Shown one piece after another: positions 44,108 through 55,052 of a stretch of DNA of 64,000 nt. The translations under genes and the position numbers were made by a program. The stretch is taken from positions 792,582 to 856,581 of the forward strand of contig CAWBVY010000006.1 of NCBI GenBank assembly GCA_963792415.1, in the 5' to 3' direction. The notes under the pieces were generated by a model, which ran no database searches, had not been told where the DNA came from, and worked only from the letters and a program-made list of their open reading frames with translations. Within the stretch, counting starts at the first letter, position 1, and every line of letters starts with the position of its first letter. This stretch comes from Candidatus Deferrimicrobiaceae bacterium (GTDB lineage Bacteria > Desulfobacterota > Deferrimicrobia > Deferrimicrobiales > Deferrimicrobiaceae).

Positions 44108-44437
44108 ATGGCTTTTGATGAAGCGGTGGCGGGGAGGGTACGCGAGGCATTGGCGGGGGCGCCGGACGTCATCGAGAAAAAGATGTTCGGCGGTGTCGCG
44201 TTCATGGTCCTGGGGAACATGTGCTGCGGGGTGATCGGCGACCGGCTCATGCTGCGCGTGGGACCCGATCGGCACGAGGCGGCGCTCTCACGGCCTCACG
44301 CCAGGCCGATGGATTTCACGGGGAGGCCGATGAAAGGGATGGTCTACGTCGAGCCCGCGGGGTTCGCTTCGGCCGCCGATCTCAAGACATGGATCGCGAG
44401 GGCGATGGAGTTCACGCTCTCGCTCCCCGCGAAGTAG
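44108..44437 (+). CDS. TfoX/Sxy N-terminal domain protein
   Basis: EKKMFGGVAFMV.GNMCCGV, LMLRVG, MDFTGRPMKG.VYV. Confidence 0.88.
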   Translation: MAFDEAVAGRVREALAGAPDVIEKKMFGGVAFMVLGNMCCGVIGDRLMLRVGPDRHEAALSRPHARPMDFTGRPMKGMVYVEPAGFASAADLKTWIARAMEFTLSLPAK

Positions 44438-44455
44438 TTCCCGCCGGACGGCCCC

Positions 44456-45280
44456 TCAGTACCACACGCGCCAGAGGAAGAGGCCGTGCGGGGGGGCGTT
44501 GACCCCGGCGGCGGAACGGTCGCGCGCCCGAAGGATCTCCCCGATGTGCTCCGCGGAATGCTTCCCCTTCCCCGCGTTCACCACCGTGCCGACGATGTTG
44601 CGCACCATGTGGCGCAGGAAGCCGGTGCCGGCCACGTCGATGGAGAAGAGGCCCGGGACGTCGTGCCGCGCGACTTCCGCCCGGAGGATCGTTCGGACCG
44701 GCGATATCGACGTGCAACCTTGCCCGCGGAACGATGTGAAGTCGTGTTCTCCGACCAGATGGGAGAGCCCCTCCCGCACCGCGTCCAGGTCCAGCGGCGC
44801 CTCGATGTGCCAGGCGTAGCGGGAGAGGAACGGAGAATCGACCGGGGAAAGATGGAGGAAATACCGGTACTCCTTCCTCGTCGCGTGGCGCCTCGCGTCG
44901 AAGACCTCCGGCACGATGGAAGCCGAGAGGATGCGGATGTCGGTAGGGAGAAGGGCGTTCCCGCCGTGGACGATCGTCTCGATGGCCCGCACGCCGGCGT
45001 CGGCGAAGTCGACGACCTGCTCCCGCGCGTGCACGCCCGCGTCGGTGCGCCCGGCCGCCCGCAGGCGGACCGGCTCCTGCAGGATCCGGGCGAGCACGTC
45101 CTCCATCACCGCCTGGACCGTCGTCCCGTTCGGCTGGACCTGCCACCCGGCGTACGCCGTCCCGTCGTATGCGACGGTGAGCTTAACCCGCCGCGCCGGG
45201 TGGTTCTTGTCGGAGGGGAAAAAACCGGGAGCGGGGGAAGTTCCCCCGCTCCCGGCGCACGCAGGTTCGTTCGGGGCCAC
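44456..45280 (-). CDS. truA: tRNA pseudouridine(38-40) synthase (start uncertain)
   Basis: KLTVAYDGTAYAGWQVQ, AAGRTDAGVHA (catalytic Asp), GEHDFTSFR, GFLRHMVRNIVG, APPHGLFL; nearest in-frame start is GTG 45280. Confidence 0.93.
   Translation of the reverse strand: MAPNEPACAGSGGTSPAPGFFPSDKNHPARRVKLTVAYDGTAYAGWQVQPNGTTVQAVMEDVLARILQEPVRLRAAGRTDAGVHAREQVVDFADAGVRAIETIVHGGNALLPTDIRILSASIVPEVFDARRHATRKEYRYFLHLSPVDSPFLSRYAWHIEAPLDLDAVREGLSHLVGEHDFTSFRGQGCTSISPVRTILRAEVARHDVPGLFSIDVAGTGFLRHMVRNIVGTVVNAGKGKHSAEHIGEILRARDRSAAGVNAPPHGLFLWRVWY
45219..45255 (-). terminator. Intrinsic-terminator-like hairpin after asd, inside the probable truA 5' extension
   Basis: Perfect 15-bp inverted repeat CCGGGAGCGGGGGAA/TTCCCCCGCTCCCGG followed by T6 on the minus strand. 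Confidence 0.75.
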
Positions 45281-45297
45281 GCGCTCCCCGGCAGCGG

Positions 45298-46335
<1,038 letters not shown>

Positions 46336-46339
46336 TGCC

Positions 46340-47440
46340 TCACCTCTCCATGGATGTTTTCTGGACGGCGTCCCGGACCCGGTCGCCCATCTCGGTCGTT
46401 CCGACCTTTTTCCCTTCGCCCTCGCGGTAGATGTCGCCCGTCCGGTACCCGTCGGCGAGGACCCGCGCGACCGCCTTCTCGATCCAGGCGGCCTCCACGG
46501 GCATATCGAAGGAGTATTTTAGCATCATCGCGACGGAAAGTACCATCGCCAAGGGGTTGGCGACCCCCTTCCCGGCGATGTCGGGGGCGCTGCCGTGGAT
46601 CGGCTCGTACAACCCCACCTTTCCCCCGATGGAGGCGGACGGCAGCATCCCGATCGACCCGGTGATCATCGACGCCTCGTCGGTAAGGATGTCGCCGAAG
46701 AGGTTCGTCGTCACCAACACATCGAACTGCCGGGGGTTGCGGATGAGCTGCATCGCGCAGTTGTCGACCAGCATGTGGGAGAGCGCCACGTCGGGGTACT
46801 CCTTCGCGCCCACCTCGGACACCACCCTGTGCCACAGCACGGAGGATTCGAGGACGTTGAACTTGTCCACCGAGGTGACCTTCCGGGTCCGCTTGCGCGC
46901 CAGGTCGAAGGCGACCCGGGCGACACGCTCGATCTCGGGACGCGTGTAGATCTCCGTGTTGATCCCCGTCTCCACGCCGTCGATCACGGATTCGCCGCGC
47001 GGTTCGCCGAAGTAGATCCCGCCCGTCAGCTCGCGCACGACCATGAGGTCGATCCCCTCGACCAGTTCGCGCCGCAGCGGCGAGGCGCCGATCAGGGGCG
47101 CGAAGACCACCGCGGGGCGCAGGTTGGCGAACAGCCCCAGCTCCCTGCGCAGCCCCAGCAGCCCCCGCTCGGGGCGCAGGTCGAAGGGGAGGACGTCCCA
47201 CTTCGGACCGCCCACCGCCCCCAACAGCAGCGCGTCGGACGCCTTTGCCAGGGCCAGGGCGCCCGGGGTCATCGGGGTTCCGTGGGCGTCGTAGGAAGCG
47301 CCCCCCACGAGCGCCTCCTCCGTCTCGAACCGCCGCCCCCCGGAAACCGTCTCCACCGTCCGCAGGACGGCCAAGGCCTCCCGCATCACCTCCGGACCGA
47401 TCCCGTCTCCCGGAAAAACACAGATCTTCTTCACCGCCAT
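46340..47440 (-). CDS. leuB: 3-isopropylmalate dehydrogenase
   Basis: [63 protein letters not shown]. Confidence 0.97.
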   Translation of the reverse strand: MAVKKICVFPGDGIGPEVMREALAVLRTVETVSGGRRFETEEALVGGASYDAHGTPMTPGALALAKASDALLLGAVGGPKWDVLPFDLRPERGLLGLRRELGLFANLRPAVVFAPLIGASPLRRELVEGIDLMVVRELTGGIYFGEPRGESVIDGVETGINTEIYTRPEIERVARVAFDLARKRTRKVTSVDKFNVLESSVLWHRVVSEVGAKEYPDVALSHMLVDNCAMQLIRNPRQFDVLVTTNLFGDILTDEASMITGSIGMLPSASIGGKVGLYEPIHGSAPDIAGKGVANPLAMVLSVAMMLKYSFDMPVEAAWIEKAVARVLADGYRTGDIYREGEGKKVGTTEMGDRVRDAVQKTSMER

Positions 47441-47949
47441 CAAGCCCCCTTCTTTCTCTTCGCGATATAGTTCAGCAGCCCCCCGGCGGCCACAAGCTCC
47501 CGCATGAACGGGGGGATCGGGGTGAAACGGTACTCCTTCCCCTTCGTCTCGTTCCGAAGGGACCCCCGCTCCATGTCCACGGAGAGGCGGTCTCCGGCCT
47601 CGATCTCGTCCACCGCGTCCCGGGACTCGAAGATCGGCAGCCCCATGTTGAAGGCGTTCCGGTAGAAGATGCGGGCGAACGAGCGGGCGATGACCGCCGA
47701 CGCGCCGGACGCCTTGATCGCGATCGGGGCGTGCTCCCGCGAGGAGCCGCACCCGAAGTTCTTCCCCGCGACGATGAAGTCGCCCTTCGCTACCTGCGGC
47801 GCGAAGGAGGCGTCGATGTCCTCCATGCAGTGCGAGGCGAGTTCCGCCGGATCGGAGGTGTTCAGGTACCGCGCGGGGAGGATGACGTCCGTGTCGACGT
47901 CGTCCCCGTACTTCCACGCCTTGCCGCGCAGCACCGTGCTAGAGCTCAT
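47440..47949 (-). CDS. leuD: 3-isopropylmalate dehydratase small subunit
   Basis: [37 protein letters not shown]. Confidence 0.93.
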   Translation of the reverse strand: MSSSTVLRGKAWKYGDDVDTDVILPARYLNTSDPAELASHCMEDIDASFAPQVAKGDFIVAGKNFGCGSSREHAPIAIKASGASAVIARSFARIFYRNAFNMGLPIFESRDAVDEIEAGDRLSVDMERGSLRNETKGKEYRFTPIPPFMRELVAAGGLLNYIAKRKKGA

Positions 47950-49198
47950 CGGGTCCTCCGATCCTCCCCAGCACCGCGGAGGCCGCGGCCACCGCGGGGT
48001 TGGAAAGGTACACCTCGCTCCCGGGGTGGCCCATGCGGCCGACGAAGTTCCGATTCGTCGTCGAGATCGCCCGTTCCCCCTTCGCCAGGATCCCCATGTG
48101 GCCCCCCAGGCACGGGCCGCAGGTGGGGGTGGAGAAGGCCGCTCCCGCCGTGACGAAGGCCTCCATCAGGCCCTCCCGCATCGCCTGCAGGTAGATCTCC
48201 TGGGTGGCGGGAAGGATGATCATCCGCACTCCGTCGTGGACCTTCCGCCCCCGGATCACCGCCGCGGCGCTGCGCAGGTCCTCGATCCGCCCGTTGGTGC
48301 ACGACCCCACCACGACCTGGTCGATCGGGACGTTCCCCACCGCCGAGATCGGCCTCGTGTTCTCCGGCAGGTGCGGAAACGCGACCACCGGCTCGAGCGC
48401 GGACAGGTCGACGGAGATCTCGTCCGCATAGCGCGCGTCGGGGTCGGCCGTCACGACCTCGTACTTCCGCTTCGCCCTCCCGTCGGCGTACGCCTTGGTC
48501 GCCGCGTCGAACGGGAAGATCCCGTTTTTCGCCCCCGCCTCGATCGCCATGTTCGCCATGGTGAAGCGCCACGCCATCGACAGGTGCGCGATCCCGTCCC
48601 CCGCGTATTCCATCGACCGGTAGAGCGCCCCGTCCACCCCGATCTCGCCGATGATGTGCAGGATCACGTCCTTCCCCTCGACCCACTTCGCGGGGCGGCC
48701 CGAAAGGACGATCCGCATCGTCTCGGGGACCTTGAGCCACACCTCCCCCGAGAACATCGCCGCGGCGAGGTCGGTGCTCCCCACGCCGGTGGAGAAGGCG
48801 CACAGGGCGCCGTAGGTGCACGTGTGGCTGTCCGCGCCGATCACGAGGTCGCCGGGAACGACCAACCCCTCGTCCGGAAGCAAAACGTGCTCGATCCCCA
48901 TCCGGCCGAGCTCGAAGAAGTTCGTGATGCCGAACTCCTTCGCGAACTCCCGCATCATCCTGACCTGTTCGGCGCTCTTGATGTCCTTGTTCGGCACGAA
49001 GTGGTCCGGCACCAGGGCGATCCGCTCGGGGTCGAACACCGCAGCGGCCCCCAGCGACCGGAACGCCTGGATCGCGATCGGACTGGTGACGTCGTTGCCG
49101 AGGGCGAGATCGATCTTCGCCAGGATCAGCTCTCCGGGGACGACCGTCTTCCTTCCGGCGCGCCTGGCGAGGATTTTTTCAGTGATCGTCATGCCCAT
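47939..49198 (-). CDS. leuC: 3-isopropylmalate dehydratase large subunit (short, ~420-aa type)
   Basis: [47 protein letters not shown]. Confidence 0.93.
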   Translation of the reverse strand: MGMTITEKILARRAGRKTVVPGELILAKIDLALGNDVTSPIAIQAFRSLGAAAVFDPERIALVPDHFVPNKDIKSAEQVRMMREFAKEFGITNFFELGRMGIEHVLLPDEGLVVPGDLVIGADSHTCTYGALCAFSTGVGSTDLAAAMFSGEVWLKVPETMRIVLSGRPAKWVEGKDVILHIIGEIGVDGALYRSMEYAGDGIAHLSMAWRFTMANMAIEAGAKNGIFPFDAATKAYADGRAKRKYEVVTADPDARYADEISVDLSALEPVVAFPHLPENTRPISAVGNVPIDQVVVGSCTNGRIEDLRSAAAVIRGRKVHDGVRMIILPATQEIYLQAMREGLMEAFVTAGAAFSTPTCGPCLGGHMGILAKGERAISTTNRNFVGRMGHPGSEVYLSNPAVAAASAVLGRIGGPDEL

Positions 49199-49964
49199 GG
49201 GCCGGCTTCTCGCTTTCCGTGCGCTTTGTCCGGCGGCGCCGGATCGCGCCGACCACCTCGCCCGCCGGCCCGGAGACGATGTACCCGGCGGCGAAGACGA
49301 AGATCATCACCTGCGGCTCCGCGGCCAGCAGCAGCGCCAGGAAGACGAACATCACGAGCGTGTTGAAGGGGCGCCGCCGGAACGGCTCGAGGTCCTTGAA
49401 GGAGTTGAATTTTACGGTGCTCACCATGAGGAAGGCGAGAACGTAGATCGTCAGGAGGACGGCGAAGTGCCTGAAGCTTCCGGATCCGCCCAGGTAGTAG
49501 AAGAGCAGGATCATGGAGGCGACGAAGACCGCCGCCGCCGGGATGGGGAGCCCGTTGAACTGCCCCTTTTCCACCGTGTTGATCTGGACATTGAAGCGCG
49601 CGAGCCGCAGCGCCCCGCAGATGAGGTAGAGGAACGCCGCCAGCCACCCCCATCGTCCGAAGGCGGAGAGGGCCCAGCCGTACACGAGAAACGCCGGGGC
49701 GACGCCGAAGGCGACGAGGTCGGCCAGGGAATCGTACTCGACGCCGAACCGCGTGGTCGTGTGCGTCATGCGGGCGACGCGGCCGTCGAGGCCATCGAGG
49801 ATCGCGGCCACGACGATCCCGATCGCCGCCCTCTCGAAGTTGCCGTTGTAGGTGGACGCGATCGAGTGGAACCCGGCGAACAGGGAACCCGACGTGATGA
49901 GGTTGGGCAGGACGTAGACCCCCCGCCGCAGGCTGTCCCTCTCGCGCCACCTCCCGCGCCTCAC
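49179..49964 (-). CDS. pssA: CDP-diacylglycerol--serine O-phosphatidyltransferase
   Basis: [44 protein letters not shown]. Confidence 0.93.
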   Translation of the reverse strand: MRRGRWRERDSLRRGVYVLPNLITSGSLFAGFHSIASTYNGNFERAAIGIVVAAILDGLDGRVARMTHTTTRFGVEYDSLADLVAFGVAPAFLVYGWALSAFGRWGWLAAFLYLICGALRLARFNVQINTVEKGQFNGLPIPAAAVFVASMILLFYYLGGSGSFRHFAVLLTIYVLAFLMVSTVKFNSFKDLEPFRRRPFNTLVMFVFLALLLAAEPQVMIFVFAAGYIVSGPAGEVVGAIRRRRTKRTESEKPAHGHDDH

Positions 49965-50593
49965 GGGAAGACACCGACCACGCTCTGGCCGGCGCGGACG
50001 CGGTCCCCGGGGACGACCGACAGCCGGACCTCCGCCGGAAGGTACAGGTCGACGCGGGAGCCGAAACGGATCATCCCCACCCGCTGTCCCTGGCGCACCG
50101 CATCCCCCTCCTTGAGGTCGCACACGATCCGGCGGGCGAGCATCCCCGCGATCTGGACGTACGTCACCGTGCGCCCCTCGGGCGTGACGATCGCCACTCC
50201 GTTCTGCTCGTTCATCAGCGAGGCCTTTTCGACGCTCGCCACGTGGAACGTCCCCTTGTGGTACCGGACCGACGCCACCCGCCCCGTCACCGGCGCCCGG
50301 TTGACGTGGACGTCGAGGGGGGACATGAAGACGCTGACCCTCTTGCCGGCCACCAAAGCGTACCGCCCCGGCGGGGATTCTCCCGCATAGACGATTCTAC
50401 CATCGGCCGGAGAAACGACGGCTCCCGTCTCGGAAGGCGGCGTCCGGTCGGGGTTGCGGAAGAACCAGAGCGAGAACAGGGCCAGGAGCAGCCCGAGGGC
50501 GGCAAGAGGGATCCCCTTCGGCCAAAGAAGGTACGCGACGACCGCGAACGCCGCTCCCCCGAGGACGAAGGGCCACCCCTCCGGCGCAAGCAT
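49961..50593 (-). CDS. psd: Phosphatidylserine decarboxylase proenzyme
   Basis: WFFRNPDR, VSPADG, VFMSPLDVHVNRAP, QIAGMLARRI, IRFGSRV (self-cleavage site). Confidence 0.94.
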   Translation of the reverse strand: MLAPEGWPFVLGGAAFAVVAYLLWPKGIPLAALGLLLALFSLWFFRNPDRTPPSETGAVVSPADGRIVYAGESPPGRYALVAGKRVSVFMSPLDVHVNRAPVTGRVASVRYHKGTFHVASVEKASLMNEQNGVAIVTPEGRTVTYVQIAGMLARRIVCDLKEGDAVRQGQRVGMIRFGSRVDLYLPAEVRLSVVPGDRVRAGQSVVGVFP

Positions 50594-50610
50594 CGGGCCC
50601 TTCCCTCCGC

Positions 50611-51630
50611 TCAATTCTTCGTCTTGTCGACCAGGCGCCCCTTCGACATCCACGGCATCAACGCCCGAAGCCTGCGGCCGACCTCCTCGATCGGGTGCTC
50701 CTCGCCGCGGCGCGTGAGGGCGTTGAAGACCGGGCGGTTGGCCTGGTTCTCCAGCATCCACTCCTTCGCGAAGGAACCGCTCTGGATCTCCTCGAGGATC
50801 CGCTTCATCTCCGCCTTGGTCTCGGGAGAGACGACGCGGGGACCGCGCGTCAGGTCGCCGTATTGCGCCGTGTTGCTGATCGAGTACCGCATGGTGGAGA
50901 TCCCGCCCTCGTAGATGAGGTCGACGATCAGCTTGAGCTCGTGCACGCACTCGAAGTACGCCATCTCCGGGGAGTACCCCGCCTCGACCAGCGTTTCGTA
51001 CCCCGCCATCACCAACGCCGTGGCCCCGCCGCAGAGGACGGCCTGCTCCCCGAACAGGTCGGTCTCCGTCTCCTCCCGGAAGTTCGTCTCGATGACCCCG
51101 GCGCGCGCGGCTCCGATTCCCGCCGCGTAGGCGAGTGCCACGTCCTTCGTGATCCCCGCCGGATCCTGGTGGACGGCGATCAGTGCCGGCACCCCTTCCC
51201 CCTTCAGGTACTGGGCGCGGACGAGGTGCCCCGGCCCCTTGGGGGCCACCATGAAGACGTTGATGTCGGGACGCGGGACGATCTGCCCGAAGTGGATGTT
51301 GAAGCCGTGCGCGAACATCAGGTACGCCCCCTTGCGCAGGTTCGGCCCCACCGACGCCCGGTAGATCCCCCCCTGGAGCTCGTCGGGCAGGAGCATGACG
51401 ACCACGTCGGCCTTCTTCACCACCGAGGCGGCGTCCGCCACCTCGAAACCGGCATCCTTCGCCTTCTTCTCGTTCTCGCCGCCGGGGACCTCTCCGACGA
51501 TGACGTTGAATCCGCTCTCCTTGAGGTTGTTCGCGTGGGCGTGTCCCTGACTTCCGTATCCAAGGATCGCGATCGTCTTTCCCTTGAGCAATTCCAGCTT
51601 GGCGTCCTGTTCCCGGTACATTGTGACCAT
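50611..51630 (-). CDS. ilvC: Ketol-acid reductoisomerase
   Basis: [53 protein letters not shown]. Confidence 0.97.
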   Translation of the reverse strand: MVTMYREQDAKLELLKGKTIAILGYGSQGHAHANNLKESGFNVIVGEVPGGENEKKAKDAGFEVADAASVVKKADVVVMLLPDELQGGIYRASVGPNLRKGAYLMFAHGFNIHFGQIVPRPDINVFMVAPKGPGHLVRAQYLKGEGVPALIAVHQDPAGITKDVALAYAAGIGAARAGVIETNFREETETDLFGEQAVLCGGATALVMAGYETLVEAGYSPEMAYFECVHELKLIVDLIYEGGISTMRYSISNTAQYGDLTRGPRVVSPETKAEMKRILEEIQSGSFAKEWMLENQANRPVFNALTRRGEEHPIEEVGRRLRALMPWMSKGRLVDKTKN

Positions 51631-51684
51631 TTTCTCTCCCTCCGTTTTCCTTTCTTCGGAATCCCCGCGTAGGTCCCTCTTCCC

Positions 51685-52161
51685 CTACATCCCGCGGGAG
51701 ATGGCGATCTTGCCGGTCCGCACGACTTCGCGGATGCCCATGGGTCGGAGCATCTGCAGGAAGGCCATCACCTTCCCCTCGCCCCCCGTCATCTCGATCG
51801 TGTAGCAGCGCGGCGCGACATCGACGATCCGGGCGCGGAAGATGTCGACCAGCCGCAGCACCTCCTGCTTCCCATCCCCCTCGGCATTCACCTTGACGAG
51901 CACCAGTTCCCGGTCGACCGTGTCCACCCCCGTGAAATCGATCACCTTGAGGACCGGGATGAGCTTGTTCAACTGCTTCAGGATCTGCTCGATGATCTGG
52001 TCGTTCCCGCTGGTGACGATCGTCATCCGGGAGACCTTCGGCTCGATCGTCTCCGCCACGCAGAGCGACTCGATGTTGAACCCGCGACCGGAGAAGAGGC
52101 CGGAGACGCGGCTCAACACCCCGAACTCGTTCTCCACCAGGACGGAAATCGTGTGGCGCAT
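51685..52161 (-). CDS. ilvN: Acetolactate synthase small subunit
   Basis: ISVLVENEFGVLSRVSGLFSGRGFNIESL, KQLNKLI.V.KV, RELVLVKV, VRTG. Confidence 0.96.
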   Translation of the reverse strand: MRHTISVLVENEFGVLSRVSGLFSGRGFNIESLCVAETIEPKVSRMTIVTSGNDQIIEQILKQLNKLIPVLKVIDFTGVDTVDRELVLVKVNAEGDGKQEVLRLVDIFRARIVDVAPRCYTIEMTGGEGKVMAFLQMLRPMGIREVVRTGKIAISRGM

Positions 52162-52216
52162 CGCGCTATCCTCTCCTTCCGTGTCCGTCGGCCGTCAAAC
52201 CCGTGCAGCGTTCCCG

Positions 52217-53911
52217 CTACACCAGCAGCATCTCGGTCAGCCCCGCCCCCGCGGGGACCATCGGGTAGACCATCTCGTCGGGATCCGTGATCACGTCGAT
52301 CAGCACCGGTCCGTCGGCGGCGAACCCCTTGCGGAGAACCTCGGGGACCTCCTCCGGTTTCGTGGCCCGGAATCCCTTCGCCCCGTACGCCTCCGCCAGC
52401 TTCACGAAGTCCGGGATCCGGGGGAGACATGTCTGGGAATAGTTCCCGTCGAAGAAGAGTTCCTGCCACTGGCGGACCATCCCGAGCGTCCCGTTGTTGA
52501 GGATCACGACCTTCACCGGGATCCGGTACTGCACGGCCGTGGCCAGCTCCTGGATGTTCATCTGGATGCTTCCGTCCCCCGCGATGTCGACGACGAGGCG
52601 CCCCGGCATCGCCACCTGCGCGCCGATCGCCGCCGGAAGCCCGTACCCCATCGTCCCCAATCCCCCCGAGGAAAGGAAGGTGCGCGGCCGGTCGTAGTTG
52701 TAGAACTGGGCGGCCCACATCTGGTTCTGGCCGACCTCCGTGGCGATGATCGCCTTCCCCTTCGAGAGCTTGTGGATCTGTTCCACCACGTATTGCGGCT
52801 TGATCTTCCCCTTCGACGGCTTGTACGTCAGCGGGTGGGTCTTCACCCACGAGGCGATCTGCTTTCGCCACGCGGCGGTCCTTCCCTGGAACGCGGCCAC
52901 CTCTTTCTTCCCCTTCACCAGCTTGATCATCTTCCGCAGGACGTCCTTCACGTCGCCCACGATCGGGATGTCGACCCGCACGTTTTTCTGGATCGACGTG
53001 GGATCGATGTCGATGTGGATGATCTTGGCGTGCGGCGCGAATCCGCTGATCTTCCCGGTCACGCGGTCGTCGAAGCGCGCGCCCACCGCGAGGATGACGT
53101 CCGAGCTGGAGATCGCCATGTTCGCCGCGTACGTCCCGTGCATCCCGAGCATCCCGAGCGAGAGCGGGTCGGAACCGGGGAACGCCCCCATCCCCATGAG
53201 CGTCGTGGTCACCGGGAGGGAGAGCGCGCGGGAAAGCTCCGCCAGTTCCCCGGAGGCGTTCGACAGGATGACGCCGCCCCCGGCGTAGACGACCGGGCGC
53301 TCCCGGGACAGCAGCAGCTGCACCGCGCTTTCCACCTGGCGCTGGTGCCCTTCGTACGTGGGGTGATATCCCCGGAGGCTGACATCCTCGGGAAGATCGT
53401 ATCGCGCGGAGGCGGACAGCACGTCCTTGGGCATGTCGACGAGCACCGGACCGGGACGACCCGTGGAAGCGATGTAGAACGCCTGCTTGATGATCCGGGC
53501 GAGATCCTTCGTCTCCTTGACGAGATAGTTGTGCTTGGTGCACGGCCGGCTGATCCCGACGATGTCCGCCTCCTGGAAGGCGTCGTTGCCGATCAGGAGC
53601 GTGGGAACCTGCCCCGAGAAGACGACGATCGGGATCGAGTCCATGTACGCCGTGACGAGGCCGGTGACCGTGTTCGTCGCCCCGGGACCCGACGTGACGA
53701 GGCACACCCCCGTCTTCCCGGACGCCCGGGCGTAGCCGTCGGCCATGTGGACCGCCCCCTGCTCGTGGCGGCACAGCATGTGGCGCACCCTCACGTTCTT
53801 GAACAGGACGTCGTAGATGTGGATGGTCGACCCGCCGGGGTAGCCGAAGACGACGTCGGTCCCCAGGTCCGCGATCGCCTTGACGAAGATCTCCGCACCG
53901 GTCATCTGCAT
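52217..53911 (-). CDS. ilvB: Acetolactate synthase large subunit
   Basis: [72 protein letters not shown]. Confidence 0.97.
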   Translation of the reverse strand: MQMTGAEIFVKAIADLGTDVVFGYPGGSTIHIYDVLFKNVRVRHMLCRHEQGAVHMADGYARASGKTGVCLVTSGPGATNTVTGLVTAYMDSIPIVVFSGQVPTLLIGNDAFQEADIVGISRPCTKHNYLVKETKDLARIIKQAFYIASTGRPGPVLVDMPKDVLSASARYDLPEDVSLRGYHPTYEGHQRQVESAVQLLLSRERPVVYAGGGVILSNASGELAELSRALSLPVTTTLMGMGAFPGSDPLSLGMLGMHGTYAANMAISSSDVILAVGARFDDRVTGKISGFAPHAKIIHIDIDPTSIQKNVRVDIPIVGDVKDVLRKMIKLVKGKKEVAAFQGRTAAWRKQIASWVKTHPLTYKPSKGKIKPQYVVEQIHKLSKGKAIIATEVGQNQMWAAQFYNYDRPRTFLSSGGLGTMGYGLPAAIGAQVAMPGRLVVDIAGDGSIQMNIQELATAVQYRIPVKVVILNNGTLGMVRQWQELFFDGNYSQTCLPRIPDFVKLAEAYGAKGFRATKPEEVPEVLRKGFAADGPVLIDVITDPDEMVYPMVPAGAGLTEMLLV

Positions 53912-54055
53912 GGAAAAAGCCTCCTCATCCTTTCGTCCCCGGGGAACCGCCGGATAGGGAAAACCCCGCCCGGGTGCGACCCCGGGTAGGGGGGGATCCG
54001 CCCGACACGGAAAATCGTCCCGGCGAGGTGGGTACTTCCGGCCGGTCCGCGTTTT

Positions 54056-54268
54056 CTAGGCGTTCAGAATCTGCGCGATCTTGTCCTTCCTGGCGAGTTT
54101 CAGCTTCTGGAGCCGCTTCCGCTCGACTTCCTCGTCGGGAAGCAGGTGCACCTTGCGGTCAAGTTCCTTCAGTTTCTCGTCGAGCTGGCGATGCTCCTCG
54201 ACGAGCGCCTTGAACTCCGGATCCTTCGCGATCAGGGCGGCCGTTTTCTCTTCCAGGCTCTGGCCCAT
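54056..54268 (-). CDS. Small coiled-coil protein (DUF465/YdcH-like)
   Basis: DPEFKALVEEHRQLDEKL...LQKLKLARKDKI; RBS GGAGG before ATG 54268. Confidence 0.8.
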   Translation of the reverse strand: MGQSLEEKTAALIAKDPEFKALVEEHRQLDEKLKELDRKVHLLPDEEVERKRLQKLKLARKDKIAQILNA

Positions 54269-54301
54269 CGACACCTCCGGCGGGATTTTGGATGATTCCC
54301 T

Positions 54302-54329
54302 AGCATAGCAGATGAAACTCCTTTTTCAA
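54302..54329 (-). promoter_or_regulatory. Putative sigma-70 promoter upstream of DUF465-ilvB
   Basis: Minus strand TTGAAA, 16-nt spacer ending in TGc, then TATGCT. Confidence 0.5.
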
Positions 54330-54361
54330 AGAACGGGGCCGTCCCGGAACGATTCCCTCCG

Positions 54362-55048
54362 TTACGGGCGGGTAGGCGTCGGCTCCGCGCCCGAGGGGCG
54401 GAGGTAGAAGGGGACGGCCGTGCGGGGATTTCCGGCGCCTCCGTCCCGGAAGATCCGTTCGCCGACGATTCCCACCGCCGACGCACGGGGAAGCCCCTCG
54501 TCCCCGGAGACGAGGATCGCGCGGTCCCCCAGCGCCTCCCGGAACAACGCCCCGAAGGGGGGGACGCCGTCACCGCAGAAGAGGACGCCGCCGCCCGGTA
54601 TCCGACCGGGGAGCAGGGCGGGAGCGATGGCCATGTCGGGGGACAGACGGGCGAGTTCCCCGCCGTTCCATCGGAAGAGAGCCGCGTACACCTCTCCCCT
54701 GCGGGCGTCCTGGACCGGACAGACGATCCGTCCCTCCCCCGGAAATCGATGGGCAAGGGCGAGCAGGGTGGGCACGGGGACGAGCGGCACGCCCCACCCG
54801 AAACAGAACCCTTTCGCCGCCGACATCCCGACGCGCAACCCGGTGAACGCCCCGGGCCCGGCCGAAACGGCGACGGCGGAAACGTCCCCGGCCGCCGCCC
54901 CGGCGGTGGCGAAGAGCGCTCCCACGGTCGAGATGTACGATCCGGACACACGTGGACCCGGGAGGAGAAAGGCCTCCGCCCGGACCACGGAGCCGGACAC
55001 CAGCGCCACGCTCCCTCGGGGAGTCGCCGTCTCGAACGCCAGGATCAC
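54362..55048 (-). CDS. tsaB: t6A biosynthesis protein TsaB
   Basis: MILAFETAT, VAVSAGPGAFTGLRVG, DARRGEVY, P.YLRPS.AE. Confidence 0.93.
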   Translation of the reverse strand: MILAFETATPRGSVALVSGSVVRAEAFLLPGPRVSGSYISTVGALFATAGAAAGDVSAVAVSAGPGAFTGLRVGMSAAKGFCFGWGVPLVPVPTLLALAHRFPGEGRIVCPVQDARRGEVYAALFRWNGGELARLSPDMAIAPALLPGRIPGGGVLFCGDGVPPFGALFREALGDRAILVSGDEGLPRASAVGIVGERIFRDGGAGNPRTAVPFYLRPSGAEPTPTRP

Positions 55049-55052
55049 CGGA

